Shown here one piece after another: positions 20,727 through 29,305 of a stretch of 64,000 nt of DNA. The notes under the pieces were generated by a model, which saw only the letters and a program-made list of their open reading frames with translations, was not told the DNA's origin and did no database searches. Source of the stretch: a virus (Duplodnaviria; Caudoviricetes); the IMG/VR virus record IMGVR_UViG_3300024058_000001, positions 1-64,000 of that record. The stretch is one strand, 5' to 3'. Made by a program: the position numbers and the translations under genes. How positions within the stretch are numbered: position 1 is the stretch's first letter; every line of letters begins with the position of its first letter.

Positions 20727-20957
20727 TTAGATACCTAGCCTTTTCTCTGTTTGCACAAACTCTACAATGTGCTTACACTTCTTTTGTCTAAACACATAAT
20801 GTGGACATGTACATACATAAGTATAATGGTTACGATTCCGTACTCTAACCTTTGCTACTGTGTACATCAGCCCTTCTGTAGTTTGCGATCTGACTTTCGC
20901 GTACTTACGCGCTCCGAACCGTTCACCTTTATATCGTCTTGCTATTACTATAATCAT
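20727..20957 (-). CDS. SWIM zinc-finger protein
   Basis: CTCP..VFR...CKH. Confidence 0.75.
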   Translation of the reverse strand: MIIVIARRYKGERFGARKYAKVRSQTTEGLMYTVAKVRVRNRNHYTYVCTCPHYVFRQKKCKHIVEFVQTEKRLGI

Positions 20958-20986
20958 TTTCGTCTCCTTGGATATGTATTTTTTTA

Positions 20987-21265
20987 CTACCGTTTATAAT
21001 TTTTGCATGAACCATCATAGGGGTAGAGTTTAGTTGCTTTTTTATGTAATCTAAGAATTTCATCCCTTACCCCTTGAACACCAGCAGACAACTCGGATAA
21101 ATGTTCAATGCCTAGTGTTAAACCTTCTTTGCTAGGCACGTATTTATTGCCTATTTTAGAAAACAATCTAACATCTACATAATGTTTATTTTTGTCTTCT
21201 AGCAAGCTTATCCGTATTTCTTCGTGTTCATCCTTTTGTAACGTGTGTATCACTGTAGTTTTCAT
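20987..21265 (-). CDS. PC4/p15-like ssDNA-binding protein
   Basis: EEIRISL, YVDVR.F, PSKEGLTL. Confidence 0.75.
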   Translation of the reverse strand: MKTTVIHTLQKDEHEEIRISLLEDKNKHYVDVRLFSKIGNKYVPSKEGLTLGIEHLSELSAGVQGVRDEILRLHKKATKLYPYDGSCKNYKR

Positions 21266-21288
21266 TTAATTTTCCTCCGTTTAGTTTT

Positions 21289-21465
21289 TTATTTTTTAGT
21301 ATTAGCCGTATGAATTGCCACATTAAACATTCTGATGTTATGTTCCTCTTCGGCGCAATCCGTACAAACTTTTAAATGATTCTCTATTAAATTGTCTAAC
21401 GAAGTATCGTTTAATTCTCTAAATAACCATGCCACCATCCTTTTTTGTATTTGTTTACAGTTCAT
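21289..21465 (-). CDS. Stand-alone zinc anti-sigma (ZAS/zf-HC2) protein, 58 aa
   Basis: MNC-x26-HLKVCTDC; start at ATG 21465 with GGAG RBS. Confidence 0.75.
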   Translation of the reverse strand: MNCKQIQKRMVAWLFRELNDTSLDNLIENHLKVCTDCAEEEHNIRMFNVAIHTANTKK

Positions 21466-21694
21466 TGTTACTTCTCCTTTCAACTTCTTTTTCCCAAAAC
21501 TTATTATCAAAACCACTTGGAAGTTTGTTTGGGTATGCCATGCTAAGAATCCCATTAAGTTCTCTAGCTTTCCATTCTTCTTTCTTACAAATTACACATG
21601 TCTTTAGGTGCTCCTCAAGCTGGATACTTAATTTTTCCTCAAGTTCACCGTCCAGCCACCGATTAATATTGTATTGTGCATCTTTACAGTTCAT
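21455..21694 (-). CDS. Stand-alone zinc anti-sigma (ZAS/zf-HC2) protein, 79 aa
   Basis: MNC...WLDGEL...LEEHLKTCVIC...LPSGF, RsiW/RsrA-like N-domain, no transmembrane segment. Confidence 0.85.
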   Translation of the reverse strand: MNCKDAQYNINRWLDGELEEKLSIQLEEHLKTCVICKKEEWKARELNGILSMAYPNKLPSGFDNKFWEKEVERRSNNEL

Positions 21695-21733
21695 TTCGTT
21701 TACCTCGCTTTGTTTTATTTTCCTGCTACTTAT

Positions 21734-21762
21734 ACTTTACCAGATAATTGGGCGGTTGTCAA
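21734..21762 (-). promoter_or_regulatory. sigma70-type promoter driving the ZAS-ZAS-PC4-SWIM operon
   Basis: TTGACA-17-TAAAGT with TG extension. Confidence 0.7.
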
Positions 21763-22103
21763 GTCTTTTTTGCTTTTTTAGATACTGTGGCCCAACTGTC
21801 TCTTTGTGTGATATTTCCTTTAACCCATTTTTTAGGTACAACACGATTTAATATTTCGACAAACGGCAACGTCCAACTGTCACCTATCTCTATATGATCT
21901 AATGTACAGGTTTGCTTTGTAACTTTGGTTACTACATAAAACGCTTTCCCGTCTGCAACGTGGTCGGAAACATACCGCCCTACTAAAGTTTTATTTTTCT
22001 TAGCGTCTTCGTCGGCTTGTAGCATAACTAATATTTTTATTTTATTTTCTTCTACCCGATTATCGATTATGTCCTGTGTTGATGTTTCTTTTGATTTACT
22101 CAT
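21759..22103 (-). CDS. Hypothetical protein, paralog of 22323-22685
   Basis: Shared AKK.KTLVGR...Y.VTK.....CTL. Confidence 0.6.
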   Translation of the reverse strand: MSKSKETSTQDIIDNRVEENKIKILVMLQADEDAKKNKTLVGRYVSDHVADGKAFYVVTKVTKQTCTLDHIEIGDSWTLPFVEILNRVVPKKWVKGNITQRDSWATVSKKAKKT

Positions 22104-22305
22104 GGCAAACCCCTTGATTTATTAGATTTTTGGCTGTACGACTAAACCAACCTTGTAATGTCCACGCTAGACTAGTATCAATTAAATACTGCCATGCTTC
22201 TATTGTCTTTTGTTCGTCGTTACATTCTACAAAACCTTCTGCAATTCCTACCGCTTCGTAATTATCCATTTTTTTGTTCCCCTTTTGTTTTTTATTTGTC
22301 TTCAT
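22096..22305 (-). CDS. Small conserved phage protein
   Basis: AWQYLIDT..AW.LQGW..RTA..LI..G pattern recurrent in phages. Confidence 0.6.
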   Translation of the reverse strand: MKTNKKQKGNKKMDNYEAVGIAEGFVECNDEQKTIEAWQYLIDTSLAWTLQGWFSRTAKNLINQGVCHE

Positions 22306-22311
22306 ACTTAT

Positions 22312-22340
22312 AGTGTACCCTGTTACTTAGGATTTGTCAA
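22312..22340 (-). promoter_or_regulatory. sigma70-type promoter
   Basis: TTGACA-17-TACACT. Confidence 0.7.
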
Positions 22341-22685
22341 GTGTGCCTTCGCTTTCTTAAATATTTGTTCTAGTTCATGGTTTCGTTGTAATTCCTCACA
22401 TCTAACATTGTATTCTACCATGCTTCTAGGCATTTTATTGTGATGTTCTTTAATAGCTAATGATTCCTGCATATGCTCAATCTTTACAAACTTTAACGTG
22501 CACATATCATTTTTAAGTTTTGTTACGGTATAGTACGAGAAATTTCCTTTACTGCATACTTGAAAAGATCGCCCTACTAAAGTTTTTTCCTTTTTTGCAT
22601 TCCAATTTGTGTTTATCATATTCATTAAATTTCTGTTGCTTTCGGTATTCGGTATTTCTTTTGGCCATTCGTTTTTTGTTTTCAT
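22323..22685 (-). CDS. Hypothetical protein, paralog of 21759-22103
   Basis: Shared KTLVGR motif. Confidence 0.6.
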   Translation of the reverse strand: MKTKNEWPKEIPNTESNRNLMNMINTNWNAKKEKTLVGRSFQVCSKGNFSYYTVTKLKNDMCTLKFVKIEHMQESLAIKEHHNKMPRSMVEYNVRCEELQRNHELEQIFKKAKAHLTNPK

Positions 22686-22968
22686 TTTTTTTGTACCATC
22701 CTTTTTTTATTTTTCCTCATTATCATTATATACGGTCTTATTTTTTTCATCGTATATAACTAGATTTTTGAATCCCTTACGCTTTAGTTCTTGCAATTTC
22801 TTGAACACTGTTAAAAGACTTCTAGATTTTCTTTTGTGTGTGTATCGCTTTCCTAACCTAGTAGATCCTTTTATCGTGTATCTTTTACTCCACTTGCTAA
22901 ATACATTCATTATATGTTCCTTTCCAGAGTACAGGGGCGAGTAAACTACCTCGCCCCGTTTACCCCAC

Positions 22969-23937
22969 CTACGCCTTAGCAATCGTTACTAATTGACTGA
23001 ATGCTTCCTCTTTAAGATTCTTACCACTACCAAAACCTGCAGAGTACAATCGGTTACTGGCATCACCTTTTGTAGTACGTTCGTAATCTACATACTCGGT
23101 TACGCCGTTGTAAAGGGCCCAAGCACTGCCCCTTACACCTGTTACATCGTTACCACGACCCGACACAAACAAACGCTTAATAGTATCCTGTATGTTACGT
23201 GTACGTGTTTTAATCTCGCTATCTTTTTTATCCTGAACGTTTAGCAACGTATCGAGAAACGAATCGACCGCAAGACCGTTCATTTGTTTACGTGCCAAAA
23301 CTTCGCTTTGCTCTTTAAACGCCATAAAGTACGCTTTGCTATCTGCTAAAATTTCCTGTGCATCGGTTACCTTGTCACGGAAGTTTTGCGTATGTTTCAC
23401 TTTTAAAACCTTTTCGCCGTCCATACCTAATAAACTGGCGTTTAAGGTATTCCAGCAGACCACGCGCACAGGAGTTTTGAACATCTGCAGTTTTAGACTT
23501 CCATCGTGTGACGTGCTAAGTAATAGGTACGATCTGATTTCGTCGCGCCCTGCTACCTCGAAAGTATAAGGTAAACGTGCTAGTATCCAAACAATACGCC
23601 CACCCTTTAAAGATCCAGCAACCTCATATTTTGCTTGTCCTGTACCAGTTACTTCGTCAAAAATTTTAAAGCAATCGGTATTTTGAATCGGAACGTACCG
23701 ATCTTTAGAAACCTGTAAAACTTCCTTTGTGTCTTCACGTACAATTGCTTTGTACCCCTCTATAATATCGCCATCGGCATTTAGTATAGGTTGCTCGACA
23801 ACCTTCCAGCCTAGCCCACTTGCAATAATCGCTTCACTAGCGGTTAAAACTTCCTCGCCTACGTAATGCCCGATCTTGTGCCAAGGTGTTTCTCCTGCAT
23901 AAAACAAACTATCGTTTTTTGTTATTTCGTGTGACAT
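22969..23937 (-). CDS. DUF932/DUF945 family phage/plasmid protein
   Basis: PWH..G, Y.P.QN...F, AGSL.GG..VW, SHDGS, TPVRVVCWNT, W..YN.VTE..D. Confidence 0.88.
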   Translation of the reverse strand: MSHEITKNDSLFYAGETPWHKIGHYVGEEVLTASEAIIASGLGWKVVEQPILNADGDIIEGYKAIVREDTKEVLQVSKDRYVPIQNTDCFKIFDEVTGTGQAKYEVAGSLKGGRIVWILARLPYTFEVAGRDEIRSYLLLSTSHDGSLKLQMFKTPVRVVCWNTLNASLLGMDGEKVLKVKHTQNFRDKVTDAQEILADSKAYFMAFKEQSEVLARKQMNGLAVDSFLDTLLNVQDKKDSEIKTRTRNIQDTIKRLFVSGRGNDVTGVRGSAWALYNGVTEYVDYERTTKGDASNRLYSAGFGSGKNLKEEAFSQLVTIAKA

Positions 23938-23996
23938 TTTTTGGTTCCCCTTTTTGGTTTTGGATTTTTGTTTTTTGTGTTCGTCTTCATACTCAT

Positions 23997-24025
23997 ATGG
24001 TACCCGATTCGATTCGCTTTGTCAA
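23997..24025 (-). promoter_or_regulatory. sigma70-type promoter
   Basis: TTGACA-17-TACCAT. Confidence 0.7.
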
Positions 24026-24038
24026 GACCACCCCCAAT

Positions 24039-24913
24039 CTTTTTTGTGTTATTTTTATACATTTTACCTAACCCTTTTCTATGTAAAACGATACGTAGGA
24101 TCAAATTTTTCATCGTTGTATGCATTACGGCATTTACCGCTTTCTTTATCAAGTGATTAATATTCAGTCCCACAAGGATCACCCCAACTGTTGTAACATG
24201 CTTTTGTTTTTTTTGCTTTTTTATACTTTTTCCAGAAGTCTTTATTTTTCTTTTTGAAATGACCACCCGTAGATTTTTTATTCTTAGATATTGGCCTTCC
24301 GAAAATATCTGTTTTGGTTTTGGTGCTTCTGGTGCTCCATTGGCTACGCTTTACGCTATTTGTCTCTGTGCCCGTATTGGTTTCAGTGGAATGTTCTGCT
24401 TTAATCTTATTTTCAGCATTTACTTCATTTACTAGACCAATTTGATTATCTACAACCTTTTCGTTGCGGTCAAAAGTTACTAAAAGACGCTCTATTTGAA
24501 TTGTACTTTTGGCACTTAATAGATTGATTTGTTTCTCTATGGCATCTTCGTCGTCTTTATAAATGTCGTGGACAATTGCATCAATTTCATTACTGTTGAA
24601 GATCACAATACCATCAGTCAGTTTAAGGAAAATCCTGTCGTTCAAGTCTTCCAAAACAATACCCTCGACTATCGCGCCGTTTCTTAGCATCAATCGGTCA
24701 ATATCTTTCCAATTGGATTTTAAGAAACGAATTTCTTTGGCTTGTGGTAAAGCATTGCTAAAGTTTATGCTAAAACCCATTATGCTTATTGCTATGAGTA
24801 CTACAGTGATTATTAGTCTACGCATCTGTTTTTTTGAACCCCCTTTTTTGTGTTATTTTTATACATGTTATCTAACCCTTTTCCACGTAAACTGATACGT
24901 AGGGTCGAATTTT
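24039..24913. repeat. Imperfect ~71-bp direct repeat (24039-24109 and 24843-24913) flanking gene 24157-24825
   Basis: About 63/71 identity by manual alignment; one copy overlaps the SprT gene 3' end. Confidence 0.85.
24157..24825 (-). CDS. Exported protein, host-like (D.L.L.NG..VEG.V beta domain)
   Basis: Signal peptide; DRLMLRNGAIVEGIV...I.L....G.V.F...EI..I. Confidence 0.65.
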   Translation of the reverse strand: MRRLIITVVLIAISIMGFSINFSNALPQAKEIRFLKSNWKDIDRLMLRNGAIVEGIVLEDLNDRIFLKLTDGIVIFNSNEIDAIVHDIYKDDEDAIEKQINLLSAKSTIQIERLLVTFDRNEKVVDNQIGLVNEVNAENKIKAEHSTETNTGTETNSVKRSQWSTRSTKTKTDIFGRPISKNKKSTGGHFKKKNKDFWKKYKKAKKTKACYNSWGDPCGTEY

Positions 24914-25338
24914 CCCCCACTGTACTTATTACAGCATGAAGCGCATGCCATTTTATGCGCCCGTCTACTTAATCTAAACCTTTCGCGCTCATGACCATTT
25001 ACGCATTTACCTATGTAGTTTGCTTTAGGTGTATTGGCATCGTTTTCATTATAACACCTCTTACCATCCCCGCCCATTGAAATAAATTTATCGCGCCATA
25101 CCTTATCATGATTATGCCCTATTCCTGCAACTGCGTGTGCGATTTCGTGTAGAATTGTATTACGTACTCGATCTACTTCGTTTAGTCGTACAAGATGCTG
25201 CGATAACTTAATCACATTAATACCAAAATAACACGTACCAAAAGCACGTTTACTATTGCTTAGTCTTATTTCCCAATTGTGCAATCCGTATTCATTTTTT
25301 AGATTTTCTGCTAAGTGTAAAGCTTCTGTAATGTCCAT
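24868..25338 (-). CDS. SprT-like zinc metalloprotease
   Basis: G.C...I.LS, TILHEIAHA, H...W. Confidence 0.88.
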   Translation of the reverse strand: MDITEALHLAENLKNEYGLHNWEIRLSNSKRAFGTCYFGINVIKLSQHLVRLNEVDRVRNTILHEIAHAVAGIGHNHDKVWRDKFISMGGDGKRCYNENDANTPKANYIGKCVNGHERERFRLSRRAHKMACASCCNKYSGGKFDPTYQFTWKRVR

Positions 25339-25363
25339 TTTTAAATCCTTTCTTTTCAGATTT

Positions 25364-25558
25364 TTAACTATATGATCGTTGTACTAATCTATGTATCTGC
25401 TCGAATTCATTTTTATATTGTTCGCAACTATCACACTTTGCTATATGCCGAAATAAAGCATATGCTAATGCATACCGTGTAAAAGTACACGTTACTAAAT
25501 CTTCTATGCATTCGCGTGTTATATCGCATCCTATGTTTACTTTCCTTTTTTGTTTCAT
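25364..25558 (-). CDS. Stand-alone zinc anti-sigma (ZAS/zf-HC2)-like protein, 64 aa
   Basis: C11-x26-HIAKCDSC followed by amphipathic helix; first gene after a perfect promoter. Confidence 0.65.
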   Translation of the reverse strand: MKQKRKVNIGCDITRECIEDLVTCTFTRYALAYALFRHIAKCDSCEQYKNEFEQIHRLVQRSYS

Positions 25559-25587
25559 GATTTCACCCTTTCCCTTTCCTTGCTTAG

Positions 25588-25616
25588 ATTATACCCTAAC
25601 TGGTTTTCGCTGTCAA
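25588..25616 (-). promoter_or_regulatory. Perfect-consensus sigma70 promoter
   Basis: TTGACA-17-TATAAT. Confidence 0.85.
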
Positions 25617-26318
25617 GGCGAAAACGCGAAGAGTTTTTTTACTCCTGCTGCCATGCGCGGTTACAACAATATTTTTTGCTTTTTGCACTGATCCACCGCA
25701 TAAACCGCAATCCTTACAGGATACGCCCCTTGTAATAGCTGGACATAAAATCTCGTTTGCTTGTATATCATTTTTGTATGTAACCCGAAATGTACGCCAG
25801 CCTTCCGATACCGCTTGCTTTTGTTCTGCTAAGGTGTCCACGCTGGCCATTGTAAAAGCTTGCCCTTGCTTACTTGTACGCCATTGATGGGTATACCCAG
25901 TATTTTTATTTTTCTCTGTAAGCATGCTTTTCCATATTTCAGATGGTACCGCTTTCGGATCGCCATATGCCCCTAAGCGTATATCCTTACCTTTAAAATA
26001 TACCCCCTTATTAGCTTGCTTTGTGATATTGGCATATATGCCCCGTTTGTATGCCTTGTATATCGCTTCGGGTGCTTGCCCTATATTAACGTAGCAGTCA
26101 CCCTTTAGGGCCCATCTATGGGGACACGCCCCACAAATACTAAAATCCTTTTTTTCTCTGTAGGCTTCTATAGGGGACATATCACGCCTTAAGATCCACG
26201 TTTGTACCATGTCACCCGTTTTTATATTAGTAGTTACCATTGTTGCAATTACGACTATATCAGCTCCATCTATTAAGCTTGCCCCTTCATATATGATGTA
26301 GCCTTTTTGTTTAAGCAT
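25596..26318 (-). CDS. Cys-rich conserved phage protein (gp88/DUF7227-like)
   Basis: N.KTG, CG.C...CYV, RLGAYGDP, TGYTHQW, CP...C..C.LC. Confidence 0.6.
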   Translation of the reverse strand: MLKQKGYIIYEGASLIDGADIVVIATMVTTNIKTGDMVQTWILRRDMSPIEAYREKKDFSICGACPHRWALKGDCYVNIGQAPEAIYKAYKRGIYANITKQANKGVYFKGKDIRLGAYGDPKAVPSEIWKSMLTEKNKNTGYTHQWRTSKQGQAFTMASVDTLAEQKQAVSEGWRTFRVTYKNDIQANEILCPAITRGVSCKDCGLCGGSVQKAKNIVVTAHGSRSKKTLRVFALTAKTS

Positions 26319-26505
26319 GCTTACCCCCTTTTTTATAATTGGCTTTTATCAGTTTCATATAACATATTAAATTTGTCTCTATCTTGATAATACAGATAAT
26401 CGCCATACGGTCTTTTTATCTGTCGGTATCTGCCGTTACGATGCATAGGATTGGAATATTCCTTATTTAGTTTTTCTCTAAATTCTTTTTTAGTCATTTC
26501 CTCAC

Positions 26506-26808
26506 CTATCCTTTTTTGTGTTTCGTGCCTATACTCAAAAGGTACCCCATAAAAACCTGCTTGTCAAGGGGAACGTCCAATTTTTGTGTGCCATCTTGAC
26601 CCATCCCGTACATGTACTTATTAAATACCCCCCCTATTGCGTAACCCCTTATGGTGCGTATGTTTAACGTACCACCCCGATTAATATCAAGGTACAAAAA
26701 GGAAACGTGACTCCGAAACTTTGCAATATACCCCCTAGTTATTTTACTTATGCTTACTTGCTTATTCTTTTCTAGTTTTATCTTTGTGTTTGTATTCAAG
26801 TCTATCAT
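26506..26808 (-). CDS. Hypothetical early protein
   Basis: ORF with GAGGAG RBS downstream of promoter 26852. Confidence 0.5.
   Translation of the reverse strand: MIDLNTNTKIKLEKNKQVSISKITRGYIAKFRSHVSFLYLDINRGGTLNIRTIRGYAIGGVFNKYMYGMGQDGTQKLDVPLDKQVFMGYLLSIGTKHKKG
26539..26567 (-). promoter_or_regulatory. sigma70-type promoter
   Basis: TTGACA-17-TACCTT. Confidence 0.55.
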
Positions 26809-26851
26809 TTTTTTTACTACTCCTCTAGGTACCTACCTGTTATCTATTATA

Positions 26852-26879
26852 AGTATAGCCTATGGACGGTAAAAGTCAA
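26852..26879 (-). promoter_or_regulatory. sigma70-type promoter, module copy 1
   Basis: TTGACT-16-TATACT, spacer contains ACCGTCCAT. Confidence 0.7.
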
Positions 26880-26907
26880 GGGTAGGCAGGATAATAAATA
26901 TAGATAC

Positions 26908-26925
26908 TTGGCATGGTACTTGCTA
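26908..26925 (+). promoter_or_regulatory. sigma54 (RpoN) -24/-12 site, module copy 1
   Basis: TTGGCATGGTACTTGCTA, GG-N10-GC. Confidence 0.75.
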
Positions 26926-27227
26926 GTAAATTTTACCTTATTATATAACTTTTTAAATGTATTTAGCTAGGGAGGACATGTTAGACTTTGCAAAAGACTT
27001 TACACATTTCTTATTAAAGTCATTACCAAAGTCCAGTAGGAGGGTTCGGGGTATATGACTTATTTTTGCACATATTAAAACACGTTTTTTAAGAAGTTTG
27101 GGTAGGAGGGGTTTATTTACTACTTATTATAACATGCATTTTAAGAAGTCCGATTCTTACTTCACCTCAGACTTTTATAAACTTATTAAGAAGAGGGTGC
27201 TCTCTCCCCTTGGCCTTTCCTACCTAT

Positions 27228-27256
27228 ATACTAACACCTAACGACTAACTTGTCAA
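27228..27256 (-). promoter_or_regulatory. sigma70-type promoter
   Basis: TTGACA-17-TAGTAT with TG extension. Confidence 0.65.
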
Positions 27257-27264
27257 GTGTTATT

Positions 27265-28554
27265 TTATAATATTTTACAATTGTAATTGGCATCTACTAA
27301 TTTACGATGCATACAATCCCATATAAAAACTTCTCTTTTTGATCCTAGTATATACGCGATTGCTTTTTGCTTATCATTTGTCTTTAGAAATACTTTGCAT
27401 GCTCTTGTAGTACGTGATTCGGAATGTTCACCTTGCACCCAATATCTTTTAAACTCGTATGTTTGCATATGCTCACCTATCCCTTTCTTTATTTAACATT
27501 ACTAATGTACTACATATATTATCGAACATACTACATTTGTTGTCAGCTTTGCATGTACTACAAGTCTTTATATGCTGCTGTAACGTTTGACTTAAAAGCT
27601 TTGGCGCGTTAATCGTTCCGTGTATAATCATTTATTTTACTCCTTTTCTTTTTTTAAGTTCGGCACGATATATAGACGCTTCGTCAGAATAATAACTATC
27701 GTCTATCCTTGCTTGTACACATGCTATACAATCATTGATTGCACTGTATAGATCGGCATAAGACATCTTTTCGGCTTGCTTAGCTTTCGCTTCCCAGTCT
27801 ATTTGTTTTGTCATATGTTCACCTTATCCCTTTTTTTTATTTACTTCTTACAATTATCATTATAATCATACAGATCAAACACTAGCTTGCAATGATCGAA
27901 TGCATCTAATCTAGGTTTATCCATATTACTAAATCGTTCGATATGCTCTTTCGATAAATCTTGACCACAACGTGCACAGCTAAAAGATGTTTTATCGCAT
28001 GACGATAATACTATAACGTCATTGTATCCCTTATCATAACCATGTTTATATACCATATCTATTTGTTCCTGTGTATACATCATGGGTGCTTTTTTAATCT
28101 TTGTAATGGTATTTGTTTTTACATTTCTTTTTAAATCGCTTTTAGCTTGTGCTACTTTCTCGACCTCTATCGTAAACGTACGATAGTTAAATGCTTTATT
28201 ACTCTTTTTAGCCATCATAGAATAATCTAACGTTGCATTTGACCTAGTTAAATAATCTTCGATCTGTCCTATCTTTTCTGCCTGTGCCTTAAAGTCTTTG
28301 CGTGTTAGCATGTTTCACCTTATCCCTTTTTAGATTTATAGTTTATTATCTTCGTATGCATCAATCGCATTATCAAACAAGCTTTCAATCGTCCCATACG
28401 TTAAGCCTACGGTAAAAACATCATCGTAAGGTACATCGCGTACATCTTCGCTATTGAATCTTATCCATTCGCCATTGACGCTTACTACCGTGTCAAGCGT
28501 TCCATCGTCTTCTAGCCTTACTTCATAGTCCGTACCGTCTTTTGTGATCTTCAT
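27265..28554 (-). other. Four short hypothetical early genes (27265-27468, 27632-27814, 27841-28311, 28336-28554)
   Basis: Each preceded by a similar AAAGGG..AGGTGA RBS. Confidence 0.55.
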
Positions 28555-28581
28555 TTGTTCACCTTTGCCCTTTCTGATAGA

Positions 28582-28609
28582 ATCATAACAGATGGACGGT
28601 TTATTGCAA
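28582..28609 (-). promoter_or_regulatory. sigma70-type promoter, module copy 2
   Basis: TTGCAA-16-TATGAT, spacer contains ACCGTCCAT. Confidence 0.65.
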
Positions 28610-28637
28610 GGCCCTAGCCTAAAATAATTAAAATAGT

Positions 28638-28655
28638 TTGGCATGATACTTGCTA
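28638..28655 (+). promoter_or_regulatory. sigma54 (RpoN) -24/-12 site, module copy 2
   Basis: TTGGCATGATACTTGCTA, GG-N10-GC. Confidence 0.75.
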
Positions 28656-29256
28656 CAAGTCAGACTGAATTAGTCTTATATAAAGACTTATTAAAGATAG
28701 GAAATAACAATATAGTAATAAGAAAAGAGTTCATAAAGACATAAGGATAACATATAAGTTATCATAGGACTTATACAAAGAGTGAGGATAAGTTTCCCTT
28801 ACGGTTAGGGCTTTATAAAGAGATTTTAAAAGATGTGTGAGTGAAGAGCACTGGTTTTACCCATATCCTAAGCACAACTGTGTCATTTTGCTACGCCTAG
28901 AGAGGTACTTAAGAGCCTATAAGTACTCAATTATCCTTATGTGTGTACTTGTATTTGTATATGATTTCTTCTCTTTATGTCCTTCTAGGTACTTGGAGTA
29001 CACGCCTTATCCTATGTAATACTTATCTCTTTATGCGTTGTTTAGGGGGCTATTCTCCGCATTCTTTACCTGTAGGGGGGCTTTTTGAGATGATATATCT
29101 CGCCATAACATACATATTTGTCATCCTTTTGGCTACTTATAATTTACATCATATATGCTGTGGTTCTAGACATCCTAACAACTTATACGCTGTTTGGGCT
29201 ATAACTCTATATAACCATGTAATTTGGTCATCTACTTGCCTATTTACACTGTTTTT

Positions 29257-29305
29257 TGATAGATCGGCAAGGAGGACCTAGTGGACTTAGGTTGCCGATC
29301 TATCA
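29257..29305. repeat. 14-bp inverted repeat hairpin with bulged GGAGG
   Basis: TGATAGATCGGCAA ... TTGCCGATCTATCA. Confidence 0.8.

Noticed and set aside
23922-24266. 114-aa ORF
   Set aside because: Spans a gene end, a repeat remnant and a promoter; no RBS
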